The notes under the pieces are model-generated. The model made no database searches, was not told the DNA's origin, and saw only the letters and a list, made by a program, of their open reading frames with translations. Shown here piece after piece: positions 8,662 to 18,989 of a stretch of 64,000 nucleotides of DNA (position 1 is its first letter; each line of letters begins with the position of its first letter). The translations under genes were made by a program, and so were the position numbers. The DNA comes from Vampirovibrionaceae bacterium NZW_1234. Its GTDB lineage: Bacteria; Cyanobacteriota; Vampirovibrionia; Vampirovibrionales; JAGQHJ01. The stretch lies in assembly GCA_041697335.1 (NCBI GenBank), contig JBGUGD010000016.1:32001-96000 (forward strand). Reading direction: 5' to 3'.

Positions 8662-8842
8662 GTCAGCCCTTGCACGTGTATCCGACATCAAGGCAATAAC
8701 CGTAACCGGCAGGACTTTTTATAATAAATAACATACCCAAACGAGTGCGGGGTCAGACAAACACCGCCCAAAAGGAGGGCCTGCTCCACCCTGAGAAAAA
8801 GGCTCTTTGGGGGTACATGTTGTTTTAGGGGCATAATCAGAC

Positions 8843-10018
8843 ATGCGCATTGCACAAATTGCACCACTCTGGGAGACCGTCCCACCCCGATCCTATGGCG
8901 GAACGGAACTGGTCATTCACCTGTTGACCGAGCACCTGCATCAGCTGGGCCACGAGGTCACCTTATTCGCCGCGCACGCGTCAAAGACCCAGGCACACCT
9001 TCAGGTCTGCTCGGATTTTCCGCTTCGGGAACTGCCCGCGCACTACTCCCACTGCAACGATGCCAAAGCCCTTTCCGTCTACCCCGGTTCGCAGGCCTCG
9101 GCTTATTTTGAACTTCGCATGCTGGAGCATGTCTATGCCCAGGCCGAGCGGTTCGATGTCATTCACAATCACCTGGGCCCGATGGCGCTACCCTTTGCCC
9201 ATCAATCCGGCACGCCCACCCTCACCACCCTGCATGGACCGTTTCTGGAAACCACGTTGATCCAATGTCTGGAAAAACAACAGTACCAGACCTATGCGCA
9301 CCTGCCCTATGTGTCCATCAGCGATAACCAGCGCCAGGGCTGCCCGCAGCTCAATTATGTCCAAACCATTCACCATGGGCTTGATCTGAGCCAATACCCC
9401 TATCAACCCAACCTGCCTGACGAACCTTATTTAGCATTCCTGGGGCGATTCTGCGAGGACAAAGGGCCACACCATGCCATTGCCGTTGCCAAAGCCACGG
9501 GCCTTAAGCTGATTATGGCAGGGAAAGTGGATAATCCTGAGGAAAAAGCCTTTTTTAAACGCGCCGTTGAGCCTCATCTGGACAATCGGCAGATCCGCTA
9601 TATCGGCGAACTCAATCATCCGCAAAAAACAGCGCTTCTGTCCAATGCCGTGGCGACCCTGTGCCCCATTTCATGGCCAGAGCCCTTTGGCCTGGTGGTC
9701 ATTGAATCTATGGCCTGTGGCACACCGGTTCTGGCCTTTGGCCATGGAGCCATTCCGGAACTCATCCGGCACGGCGAAACCGGATTTGTCCTCGATTCCC
9801 CGGAGGCCATGATAGCCGCTCTGGAAAACATCCACACGGTGTCTCGCAAAGCCGTGCGCCACCATGCTGAGAGATCCTTTTCTGCCCAGGCCATGACCCG
9901 GCAGTATGTGGAGGCGTATCAGCGCGTGCGGCTTGAATCGTTGTCATTGCACCCACCGAAAAAAATCACGCGCCTGTCTCACCCCTGGGAATCGGGCAAG
10001 GCCCCGATCGTTGTATAA
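8843..10018 (+). CDS. Glycosyltransferase family 4
   Basis: MRIAQIAPLWETVPP..YGGTE; FLGR...KG; EPFGLVVIESMACGTPV. Confidence 0.93.
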   Translation: MRIAQIAPLWETVPPRSYGGTELVIHLLTEHLHQLGHEVTLFAAHASKTQAHLQVCSDFPLRELPAHYSHCNDAKALSVYPGSQASAYFELRMLEHVYAQAERFDVIHNHLGPMALPFAHQSGTPTLTTLHGPFLETTLIQCLEKQQYQTYAHLPYVSISDNQRQGCPQLNYVQTIHHGLDLSQYPYQPNLPDEPYLAFLGRFCEDKGPHHAIAVAKATGLKLIMAGKVDNPEEKAFFKRAVEPHLDNRQIRYIGELNHPQKTALLSNAVATLCPISWPEPFGLVVIESMACGTPVLAFGHGAIPELIRHGETGFVLDSPEAMIAALENIHTVSRKAVRHHAERSFSAQAMTRQYVEAYQRVRLESLSLHPPKKITRLSHPWESGKAPIVV

Positions 10019-10027
10019 GAGCCTGGA

Positions 10028-12193
10028 TTGATGCTGTTAACCGAGCCCAATACGTTTTCCGTCTCAAACCGCACCATTAAAAACAACCACCTGTTTCTGG
10101 TGGATACCATGGTGGGCGAAATTCCACAGAACAACAGCTCCGGCATGGGACTTTACAGTTTGGACACCCGATTTTTAAGCACCTACGAGATCCGCCTTAA
10201 CGCCACAGAACCCGTGTGCCTGCTCTCTTCCACCGAATCAGGCTATTTGTCCACCCTGGTCTATACCAACGGGCGAATGCCCAGCGTCGACCATCAAGAG
10301 CGTCCTTGCCTCATTCAGGAAGAATGCCTGCAACTGAAGCGCGAATCGATCCTCGATCATGCCCTGTTTGAAAAGTACACCCTGATCAGTTATAACGACC
10401 AACCGGCACATTTGAAGATCCGCATGCGCTTTGATGCCGACTTTCGGGACATGTTTGAAATCCGCCATCTGGTGCCCTGTAAAGATCGGGCCTTACCTCC
10501 AACCATTGTTGAAGACAACACCCTGATCTTTCGCTACCCCAACCCTGATAAACTGATGGAGACCCGCATTCGTTTTGTAGACGTCTCTCCCATCCACGTG
10601 GATGATCACACGGTGGAGTTGACCTTTTTATTGTACCCTCTCGAGCGTCATGAATTTTTTCTGGAAATTACGCCGTGCAACGACATCACCTTCAATTCGC
10701 CTCTCATCCCCACCAACTTTGAAGATGCCCGAAGCCGGGTGCACACCACCAACATGGTGTGGAAACAGGAGGTCACGGAATTTTTATCGGACAACGATGA
10801 CTTTAACGAAATGCTGTCTCGAAGCCACAAGGACCTTCGCATGTTGATTACCCAGGCCGAAGATGGCCAGCAATTTATTGCCGCAGGCATTCCCTGGTAT
10901 GTCTGCCTCTTTGGCCGAGACAGCATTATTACGGCACGGGAAACCTTGATACTCAACCCGGCCATTGCCAAGTGGACTCTGGAGATCCTGGCCGCCCACC
11001 AAGGGCAAGCGCATCGCCCCTGGCAGGATGAAGAGGCGGGAAAAATCCTGCATGAACTTCGAACCGGTGAGCTGGCCCGGCTCAAGGAGATCCCCCACAC
11101 CCCCTATTATGGCAGTGTGGATGCCACCCCATTGTGGCTGATTTTGCTGTACGACTATTACCTTTGGACCAAGGATCTGGAGACCCTGGAGCGGCTCTGG
11201 CCCCATGCCTTGGCCGCGTTATCCTGGATTGACCGCAACCTGGCCAAAAGCCCCCTGGGTTACGCCACCTACGAGACCGAGAATCACAGCGGCGTCGGCA
11301 TTGTCCACCAGGGCTGGAAAGACTCGAACAACAGCGCCATGTATGAAAACGGCCTTCAGGCCGAACCCCCCATTGCCCTGTCCGAAGTGCAAGGGTATGT
11401 CTATCTGGCCAAACGCCGCATGGCGACACTCGCTGATCTGATGAACGACAAGGCTTTAAAAGCCCGGTTGCGCGAGGAAAACCAAGCCTTTAAAAAGAAA
11501 TTCAACCGGGATTTCTGGATGGACGATCTGCGCTTTTGTGCCATGGGCCTGGACAGTCAGGGTAAACCCCTTCGCGTCATCGCCTCTAACCCCGGTCATT
11601 GTCTGGAAACCGGGATTTTCACGTCGCGCCATGCCTACCAGGTCGTCTCCCGTCTGATGGCCCCCGATATGTTTAGCGGCTGGGGCATTCGCACGCTCAG
11701 TTCCACCATGGCGGCCTACAACCCCATGAGCTACCACAACGGCTCCATCTGGCCTCACGACAATGCCATGATTGCCGCCGGAATGGCGAGCATGCATCGC
11801 ACGGACTTGAGCGAGAAGATCTTTTCCGGCCTGTTTGACGCGGCACGATTGATGGCCTATAAACGCCTGCCGGAACTGTTTTGTGGTTTCTCTCGGGACC
11901 GGGGCAAAATGGATCCCCCCGTCCGCTATCCGGTGGCCTGCTCACCGCAGGCCTGGGCCGCGGCCTCCATCTACAGTCTCATTCAGGCCATGCTCCACAT
12001 CGTACCGGATGTTCCGAACAACACCCTGACCATTACCCAACCCCAGCTACCCCACTTTATGAATCGCCTTCGCATCAGCAACCTGCATGTAGGCAAGGCC
12101 ACGGTGGATCTGGAATTTCGCCGGACCGACAAAACCGTGGTCGTCGATGTCCTCAACCGTTCCGGAAAAGTGGACATTATCGTCAAGATCTGA
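10028..12193 (+). CDS. Amylo-alpha-1,6-glucosidase / glycogen debranching enzyme family
   Basis: AAGIPWYVCLFGRDS, EAGKILHELR, YYGSVDATPLW, QGWKDS, YHNGSIWPHDN, ACSPQAWAA. Confidence 0.9.
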   Translation: MMLLTEPNTFSVSNRTIKNNHLFLVDTMVGEIPQNNSSGMGLYSLDTRFLSTYEIRLNATEPVCLLSSTESGYLSTLVYTNGRMPSVDHQERPCLIQEECLQLKRESILDHALFEKYTLISYNDQPAHLKIRMRFDADFRDMFEIRHLVPCKDRALPPTIVEDNTLIFRYPNPDKLMETRIRFVDVSPIHVDDHTVELTFLLYPLERHEFFLEITPCNDITFNSPLIPTNFEDARSRVHTTNMVWKQEVTEFLSDNDDFNEMLSRSHKDLRMLITQAEDGQQFIAAGIPWYVCLFGRDSIITARETLILNPAIAKWTLEILAAHQGQAHRPWQDEEAGKILHELRTGELARLKEIPHTPYYGSVDATPLWLILLYDYYLWTKDLETLERLWPHALAALSWIDRNLAKSPLGYATYETENHSGVGIVHQGWKDSNNSAMYENGLQAEPPIALSEVQGYVYLAKRRMATLADLMNDKALKARLREENQAFKKKFNRDFWMDDLRFCAMGLDSQGKPLRVIASNPGHCLETGIFTSRHAYQVVSRLMAPDMFSGWGIRTLSSTMAAYNPMSYHNGSIWPHDNAMIAAGMASMHRTDLSEKIFSGLFDAARLMAYKRLPELFCGFSRDRGKMDPPVRYPVACSPQAWAAASIYSLIQAMLHIVPDVPNNTLTITQPQLPHFMNRLRISNLHVGKATVDLEFRRTDKTVVVDVLNRSGKVDIIVKI

Positions 12194-12213
12194 TCGCGCA
12201 CGTTCAAAAACCA

Positions 12214-12253
12214 AACACCCCGCCCCAAGCCTTTCGGCTCACGGCAGGGTGTT
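12214..12253. terminator. Probable hairpin terminator between convergent genes
   Basis: AACACCCCGCC ... GGCAGGGTGTT inverted repeat with inner AGCC-TTTC-GGCT. Confidence 0.5.
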
Positions 12254-12284
12254 GCAAAAATAACCCTGAATCGGCTAAAAAGCC

Positions 12285-13457
12285 TTATTTCAAGATGTTG
12301 CGGGCAATAACCATACGCTGGATTTCAGAGGTGCCTTCGCCGATTTCACACAGCTTGGCATCGCGCAAATAGCGCTCCACCGGGAAGTCCTTGGTATAGC
12401 CGTAGCCGCCATGGATTTGAACGGCTTTATTGGCATTGCGAGAAGCCACTTCGGAGGCAAACAACTTGGCCATGGACGCTTCCTTGCCAAAGGGTTGGCC
12501 GGAATCTCTCAAGCGCGCCGCGTGGTAAACCAAATGGCGAGCGGCTTCCACTTCCATGGCCATATCGGCCAGCATAAACTGAATGGCCTGAAACTCGGCA
12601 ATGGCCTTGCCAAATTGCTTGCGCTCCTTGGCATACTGCAACGCCTTGTCCAGACATCCCTGGGCGATCCCCACGCCCAAAGCACCAATGCTGATGCGCC
12701 CGGAATCCAGGGTTTGCATGAAGTACTTAAAGCCCATGCCTTCCTCACCCAGCATGCTGTCACCAGGCAGACGGGCGTCTTCAAAAATCAGGGTGCCCCA
12801 GTCCGATCCGCGCATGCCGAGCTTTTCATCTTTGGGTCCCAGCGAAAACCCCGGGGTGTCTCGTTCAAAGACAAAGGCGCTAATGCCGCTGGTACCACTA
12901 TCCTTGGAGGTTTTGGCTGTGGCCACGTACACCTGGGCATAGTTGGCGTTGGTGATAAAAATCTTTGAGCCGTTCAAGATCCAGTGATCGCCCTGGCGCT
13001 CGGCCTTGGTCTCGGTGCCTCCGGCATCGCTACCGGCATTGGGCTCGGTTAAGCCATACGCCCCAAGGACTTTACCGGAAGCCACTTGGGTCAGATACTT
13101 CTGCTTTTGCTCTTCACTGGCAAACTTGTACAGGGGAATACACACCAGCGAAGTATGTGCGGCAAGGGACAAGGCCGTTGAAGCGCACACCCGGGCAATT
13201 TCTTCCACGGTAATGGCATAGCTCATGTAATCCAGCCCAGCCCCACCGTATTCTTCGGGAATGGGGATCCCCAAAAGGCCTAATTCCGCCATCTGGTTAA
13301 AGCTCTCGATGGGGAATTCCTGTGTCTTATCAATATAGGCTGCTTTGGGCTCAACCACCCCCACGGCAAAATCGCGCACCATGTCGCGGATCATGCATTG
13401 TTCCTGGGTCAGGCCCCACTTGTCTTTGGTCACGTCCATCGTCATTGTCGAGGTCAT
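12285..13457 (-). CDS. Acyl-CoA dehydrogenase
   Basis: GLTEPNAGSDA, LNGSKIFITN, RKQFGKAI..FQAIQF, QIHGGYGY, IGEGTSEIQR. Confidence 0.96.
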   Translation of the reverse strand: MTSTMTMDVTKDKWGLTQEQCMIRDMVRDFAVGVVEPKAAYIDKTQEFPIESFNQMAELGLLGIPIPEEYGGAGLDYMSYAITVEEIARVCASTALSLAAHTSLVCIPLYKFASEEQKQKYLTQVASGKVLGAYGLTEPNAGSDAGGTETKAERQGDHWILNGSKIFITNANYAQVYVATAKTSKDSGTSGISAFVFERDTPGFSLGPKDEKLGMRGSDWGTLIFEDARLPGDSMLGEEGMGFKYFMQTLDSGRISIGALGVGIAQGCLDKALQYAKERKQFGKAIAEFQAIQFMLADMAMEVEAARHLVYHAARLRDSGQPFGKEASMAKLFASEVASRNANKAVQIHGGYGYTKDFPVERYLRDAKLCEIGEGTSEIQRMVIARNILK

Positions 13458-13696
13458 CCTGTTTTGATCTCCTCATTACCTTATGCAAAAATACGATTGG
13501 CCTTACCCCTCCTTACATAACCCAGGTAATGCCATTGAGATTGTAATCGGAAAGCATCGTGCCGTAAAGAACGGTTCTCTTTCTTCCGGCCCTTGACAAC
13601 ACTTCCCGACTCAGGGAGTAGCCCTTAAAAAACCCTTGTCGAAACAGCCGATGCGGCCCTCCCCTCATTGCCCGCCATTGACCCCAAAAGGACCCT

Positions 13697-14260
13697 ATGC
13701 CCATGACTGCCCTCACCAAAGAAGACCTGTTTCGCCTCATTGTCCAGGAAGGCCCGGAAGGGTTTAACCAGTACCGACGCCGGACCGAATATGACATCAT
13801 TGACTTAAGCCGCGTGGATTTTTCCGGCATGGATCTGTCCGGCATCAATTTCAGCCAGGCCAACCTCCATGGGACCATCCTGGATTTTTGTGTGTTGCAT
13901 GAAGCCACGCTGATTTTTACCCAGTTTCTGCGATCTTCCTTACGCGAAACCCAGTTCAATCTGGCCAATGCCGCGGAAGCCGATTTTTCCGAATGCGATC
14001 TGTATCAGGCCAACTTCACCGGGGCCGAGTTGATTGAAGCCCGCTTTGTGGGCTGTGACGCCAAGGAGGCGCAATTTATCGATGCCGACCTCAGTGGTGC
14101 CAATTTTCAGAAAGCCTATTTGAACGATGCCAATTTTAATGGCGCCAACCTTTGCGGCACGGACTTTCGCCACGCCGAAATGGAATGGGCCATCCTGACC
14201 GGGGTCAAATTCAGCGAAGCCACCCAGTGGAGCAACCAAAAGCCCCCGGGTGCCCTCTAG
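13697..14260 (+). CDS. Pentapeptide repeat protein
   Basis: Tandem A(D/N)(L/F)xx units, e.g. ADLSG ANFQK AYLND ANFNG ANLCG. Confidence 0.92.
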   Translation: MPMTALTKEDLFRLIVQEGPEGFNQYRRRTEYDIIDLSRVDFSGMDLSGINFSQANLHGTILDFCVLHEATLIFTQFLRSSLRETQFNLANAAEADFSECDLYQANFTGAELIEARFVGCDAKEAQFIDADLSGANFQKAYLNDANFNGANLCGTDFRHAEMEWAILTGVKFSEATQWSNQKPPGAL

Positions 14261-14391
14261 CGAGTCCACCATTGCGGCCAAGCCTGGGTCTTCAAAGAAT
14301 CACCCCGCCTGGTGACTTCCTTTGTGAGGGGGGCGTCATCCAAAGCGGGGTGGGGATCAACACTGGGGAAATGACCTCGGGGGATGAGGCA

Positions 14392-14490
14392 TTAACCTTG
14401 GGGTCTTTGAGGCTGTTGGGGCCTCTTTGGCTGCTGCGCCTGATTAGGACGCTTTACGCCAGTCGAAAAAGGACGAATTGCAAAACTCAT
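14392..14490 (-). CDS. Putative 32-aa Gln/Pro/Arg-rich micro-protein
   Basis: Manual translation MSFAIRPFSTGVKRPNQAQQPKRPQQPQRPQG*, preceded by GAGGA; below the ORF track cutoff. Confidence 0.4.
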   Translation of the reverse strand: MSFAIRPFSTGVKRPNQAQQPKRPQQPQRPQG

Positions 14491-14839
14491 CGTCAGTCCT
14501 CACTGTCTTTGGCTAACACTAACGTATATACCCAGCGTCGTCAGTCCTGCTGACGGGCTGATGGAACTGGTTTTAACATAAGGCAATAGTGAGTACAAGA
14601 TGTATAGTTGATTTATCCTTGATTGCATCAGGATGCCCCAAGGCCCATCAGGATCATGATTGATAGCATTCCGGCGTCAAAACACCATCCACCTGATAGG
14701 CATTGCATGTCAGTCCCGGCCAATGATGGCAAATTTTGTTACATCCCGGACGGCAAAATCCCCCACCCGGAGAGCCCCCATTTTGGCAGCATGGTACACT
14801 GTCGCTAGCATGTCTGTTGCATTCATAAGGAGCCTTTGT

Positions 14840-15583
14840 GTGACCGCCATTGCCCCAATTGCCTTTTCCCACAGCGATTTTCTCGTCATTTTGACCGGGG
14901 CGGGCATCAGCGCCGAATCCGGTGTGCGGACCTTTCGGGACAATAACGGCCTCTGGGAGACCTATCGGGTCGAAGACGTGGCCACCCCGGAAGCCTTTGC
15001 CCATGACCCCAAATTGGTATGGCGTTTTTACCATGAGCGTCGCGAGCAGTTAAAAACCGTAGGGCCCAACCCGGCCCACATGGCCTTGGCCCAACTGGAC
15101 CATCTCCTCGGGCCTGAACGCTATCTTCTGGTCACCCAGAACGTGGATGACCTTCACGAGCGTGGCGGAAGCCAGGCCGTGGTCCATATGCATGGCGAGC
15201 TTCTCAAGGTGCGCTGCACCGGCTGCCACCGGGTAGAGCATACCGATGCGGATCTGCTGAGCAAGGCGCCTGATGGGCTCCCCTATTGCGCCTGTGGCAG
15301 CCTGCTTCGCCCCCATATCGTCTGGTTTGGGGAAATGCCCTTTGACATGCCCCGGATTCAGTCGGCCTTACGACAGGCCACCCATTTTCTGGCCATCGGT
15401 ACCAGCGGGGTCGTCTACCCGGCAGCCGGCTTTTTACAACTGGCCAAGCAATGCGGCGCCCAAACCTTTGGCATTAACCTGGAGCCACCGGACAATCATG
15501 GGCTCTTCGATGTGTTTTTCCAGGGTAAGGCCGGGAACATGGTACCTGCCTTTGTCGACGCACTGGACATTAAAGCATCTTAA
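14840..15583 (+). CDS. cobB: NAD-dependent protein deacylase (sirtuin, class III)
   Basis: GTG start after AAGGAG; LTGAGISAESG..TFR, FYxxRR, TQNVDDLHE, HGEL, LRPHIVWFGE, GTSG.VYPAA. Confidence 0.93.
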   Translation: MTAIAPIAFSHSDFLVILTGAGISAESGVRTFRDNNGLWETYRVEDVATPEAFAHDPKLVWRFYHERREQLKTVGPNPAHMALAQLDHLLGPERYLLVTQNVDDLHERGGSQAVVHMHGELLKVRCTGCHRVEHTDADLLSKAPDGLPYCACGSLLRPHIVWFGEMPFDMPRIQSALRQATHFLAIGTSGVVYPAAGFLQLAKQCGAQTFGINLEPPDNHGLFDVFFQGKAGNMVPAFVDALDIKAS

Positions 15584-15942
15584 CCCTATTCACGTCAGAA
15601 TACCCCTGACCAATCCTGTTTTTTTACACAATTCCCCACAAGCCCTTGTCTCTACTGACTATTGGCCTCCTCAATCCTGAAGAATTCCTTAAGATCCGGA
15701 CATCAGGCGTATTTATATTATATAATAAAGATATAATTGAATCCATGCTCATGCCAACACGGAAAAACGCGTAAATTCGCGTAAAAATAGCCCCAAAAAC
15801 CCATTTTCGAGGACCCAATGCCCATTCCCACCCCCGTCCAGACCACAGAGACAACACCCAAAATCCTCTCCCATAAAGGGTTTTGGCGATTTTTGACCGC
15901 ACAGCCCCCTGGGCCCTCCCACCCCCAGTCGGCCTCAGATCA

Positions 15943-16043
15943 CGCGTGTTTCCGCGTGAAAGACGCGTGTTTCGCGCGTGATTGGCGCGTAAAATGCGCG
16001 TGTTTGACGCGTGAATGCCCGATTTTCACGCGCGAAACACGCG
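15943..16043. repeat. CGCGTR array with 11-bp period and an embedded inverted repeat
   Basis: CGCGT(G/A) starts at 15943, 15953, 15964, 15975, 15986, 15997, 16008; 15964-15981 is the exact reverse complement of 16026-16043. Confidence 0.85.
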
Positions 16044-16124
16044 GGACCTTCCCCCACACCCGCATGCTCGCGCGCTGTGCTTGTGGTTCAATAACCACAC
16101 ATGGCCCCGGGGAGGATGGAACAG

Positions 16125-17972
16125 ATGCAACGCCTTTGGCTCAACACAGGGTATACTGAGGCAAGGACCTCGTCACTTCGGTTTTCGCGTATGACACGAC
16201 ACTTGCCCCAACAGCTTGAATCCACCGTGTATGACGCCATCGTCATCGGTGGCGGGTGTAATGGCACCGGAGAAGGTCGGGATCTGGCCCTTCGGGGGGC
16301 CTCGGTCCTGCTTCTGGACAAATCGGACCCCAATAAAGCCACTCACCACAACTCCCACCTGGGCCATGGCGGCCTACGCTACCTGCAACACTTTGAACTG
16401 GGCCTGGTCAAGGAAGCCCGCCAGGAACTGGCCCACCTGATGCACATTGCCCCCCATCTGGTACGCCCCTTGAGCATGGTGGTCCCCGTGTATGAGGGCG
16501 ACCCCTATCGTCCCTGGATGGTGAAAGTGGGGCTGATGATGTACGACTGGTTCTGTGGCCTGTTCTCCGGCAAAAACACCCTGCCTCGCCATCAACGCCT
16601 GTCACCGCAGGATCTGACCCAGCCGTCCGGATCCGGGAATCTTCCGTCCCTTCGGGCCGAGCGGCAATCCGGTCAGCGTCTTCTGGCCGGATTCAAGTAC
16701 TATGACACCCAAATTGTCTACCCCTCTCGCCTGGCCATTGAGAACATCCGGGACATGGTGTCACAGCACTCCCCGGACAAACCCGTCCATGCCCTGGGTC
16801 ATACCGAGGTTGTGGCCCTGGAAGAGCATCCCGAGTTTGTGACCGTCACGTTTAAAGACCAGCTGGACCCCAACGGCAAAACCTATCAGGTCAAGGCCCG
16901 AACGGTGTTGAACACCACCGGGGCCGGGGTCGACAAAATCATCGAGCGCACCCAATCCCCCCATGCCCTGTCGGCCCCACAGATGGGTCCCACCAAAGGC
17001 ACCCACATCATGGTGCCCAACACCCTGGGGCTGAAGGATACGGTCTATGCTCCGGCCACAGACGGGCGACCCTTCTTCGTGATCCCTTACCCCTTATCCT
17101 CAGACCCCAAAACCCCGAGCAAGTACCTTCTCATCGGGACCACGGACGATAAAACCTGGGATAGTCCCTATCCCACGGCAAAAGAGGTGGACTACCTCCT
17201 GGCCTCAACCCGTCATGTCTTTCCCCAGGCCACGTTTACCCCAGACGATGTGTTTTGGGCATACTCGGGCTTTCGCCCGCTGCCCGCGAGCTCGAAAAAA
17301 GCAGGAGCCGTCACCCGCCGTCACGTCATCCAGCGCCAAGGAGCCAGTCGCATCTTTCACATCATTGGTGGCAAGCTCACCACCTACCGGAGCCTCTCCC
17401 AAGAGGTCACCGACAAAGTCCTGGCCCTCTTAAAGCGGACCGCACCCACTTCGGCTGCCCTTGCCTTCAAACCCTGCACGACAGCCACCCGCCCCTTGCC
17501 GGGAGGCCACGGAATTCACTCGCTTGAGACCTACAAAGCCCAAGAGGTCCCCCAGGCCACGTCGGCTTACGGGGTCTCAGAACCCCTGGTCGTCGAACTG
17601 ATCCATCGCTACGGTGCCCGCTATCGCGAGGTCCTGGACCTGACCCGGCCTGACCCCGCCGATCCGGTGCGAGGCCCCCATTTGTTGGCTCCCATCACCC
17701 AGCACCCAGGTGCCCCCCCAACGATTCTGGCCCAAGCCTTGCATGCCCTCCGCTATGAAGGGGCTGAAACCCTGATGGACATCATGACGGTCTCGCTCAA
17801 ACTGGATCAAATCCCTGGCGCTGGGCTTGATGGCCTCTTGGCCGTGGTGAATCTTTTGGCCCAGGAGCGCGCCCCCTTCAGCGATGCTGAAAAGCAGGCT
17901 GAACTCTCGCAGTACCGCCAGTTTGCGGCCCAAAACCTGCAATGGCAGAAAACTCCAGCCCCCACAGCCTAA
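16125..17972 (+). CDS. glpD: FAD-dependent glycerol-3-phosphate dehydrogenase/oxidase family (divergent)
   Basis: YDAIVIGGG..G, HGGLRYL, KGTHI, LIGTTD, GFRPL, GGKLTTYR, LPGG; GGAGG RBS favours ATG 16125. Confidence 0.85.
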   Translation: MQRLWLNTGYTEARTSSLRFSRMTRHLPQQLESTVYDAIVIGGGCNGTGEGRDLALRGASVLLLDKSDPNKATHHNSHLGHGGLRYLQHFELGLVKEARQELAHLMHIAPHLVRPLSMVVPVYEGDPYRPWMVKVGLMMYDWFCGLFSGKNTLPRHQRLSPQDLTQPSGSGNLPSLRAERQSGQRLLAGFKYYDTQIVYPSRLAIENIRDMVSQHSPDKPVHALGHTEVVALEEHPEFVTVTFKDQLDPNGKTYQVKARTVLNTTGAGVDKIIERTQSPHALSAPQMGPTKGTHIMVPNTLGLKDTVYAPATDGRPFFVIPYPLSSDPKTPSKYLLIGTTDDKTWDSPYPTAKEVDYLLASTRHVFPQATFTPDDVFWAYSGFRPLPASSKKAGAVTRRHVIQRQGASRIFHIIGGKLTTYRSLSQEVTDKVLALLKRTAPTSAALAFKPCTTATRPLPGGHGIHSLETYKAQEVPQATSAYGVSEPLVVELIHRYGARYREVLDLTRPDPADPVRGPHLLAPITQHPGAPPTILAQALHALRYEGAETLMDIMTVSLKLDQIPGAGLDGLLAVVNLLAQERAPFSDAEKQAELSQYRQFAAQNLQWQKTPAPTA

Positions 17973-18014
17973 GCCGGGAGCCTCGATTGGCCAGAGGCCT
18001 GAACGTTGATAGTA

Positions 18015-18707
18015 CTAGGGCTTGGTTTGGGGCTTGCGGGCCAGGATCATGGTGTAGGGCAGGGGAGAGGCAACTGACTCCACGGTCAACCCAGACCGCT
18101 CGACCCAGGTTTTCATCTGAGCCAGACCCACTGGCTCAACACCGGGCTGAAAAACCTTCTTGCCGATAAGCTTGGCGTCCTGAGCCCCCGGCATCCGACG
18201 AACCCACTTGTACCCCATCGGGGTCGGGGCCGATAGAATCAACCCTTCGGCACTCACCCGGCTCATTTCCTTCACCCAGTGGCGGGGTAAGCCCGAGCGG
18301 CCCAAAAAGCCGTGGCTGATGACCACATCAAAGTAGTTGTCCTTAAAGGGCAGGGTCTCGGCAGGCGAGATCTCCACAAACTCAATGCGACAGCAGTTCT
18401 TTTCCTTGGCCTCGGCAATGGTCTCAGGGTCAAACTCCACGCCAATGACCTGGGATTGCATAAAGGTCTGGGCCACATAGGACAGCATCGTACCGTCACC
18501 CGAGCCCACTTCCAGAATCCGGCGGGGGACCCAGCCCAACTCACTTAAAAACAGGTTAAAGCTACTCATATACGATTTCAGCATCATCCGGGACAGCCAT
18601 GTGGCTGGCACATCGGGTTGAGACGCACGGCGCTCCTCGCAATCCAAGGGTGTTACGAGGGGTTGGCTAATAACCGTCGAGGGGCGATCCAAAACAGAGG
18701 TACTCAT
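18015..18707 (-). CDS. Class I SAM-dependent methyltransferase
   Basis: ILEVGSGDG, LPFKDNYFDVV, EMSRVS; AAGGAG RBS. Confidence 0.85.
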   Translation of the reverse strand: MSTSVLDRPSTVISQPLVTPLDCEERRASQPDVPATWLSRMMLKSYMSSFNLFLSELGWVPRRILEVGSGDGTMLSYVAQTFMQSQVIGVEFDPETIAEAKEKNCCRIEFVEISPAETLPFKDNYFDVVISHGFLGRSGLPRHWVKEMSRVSAEGLILSAPTPMGYKWVRRMPGAQDAKLIGKKVFQPGVEPVGLAQMKTWVERSGLTVESVASPLPYTMILARKPQTKP

Positions 18708-18989
18708 GGGGTAACGTCTAACTCCTTAGGACAATCATCTGTTTCTCCATAGTTAAACCTAGCCGAATTTCAAACCCGCGACAACTGTCTATGGCAAAAG
18801 GTTTACACACGGGGTCATCACGGCCATGATGAGACGGGATCAACAGTGGGACAAACACCGATAAAGAACGGGTTTTTGCTTGCAGGTTCCGTCGGCATGG
18901 CCTAGAATAAAGGCGTAGCGCATGGGGCAGTGGGCCCCTCGGAAACCCTCCTGAAGCAATCGCTTGAAGCCATCGAAGGAAACGGTGCG

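Noticed and set aside
15818..16159. 113-aa ORF across the CGCGTR array
   Set aside because: The 11-bp period is not codon-compatible, the composition is odd, and it overlaps the glpD-like start; probably spurious.
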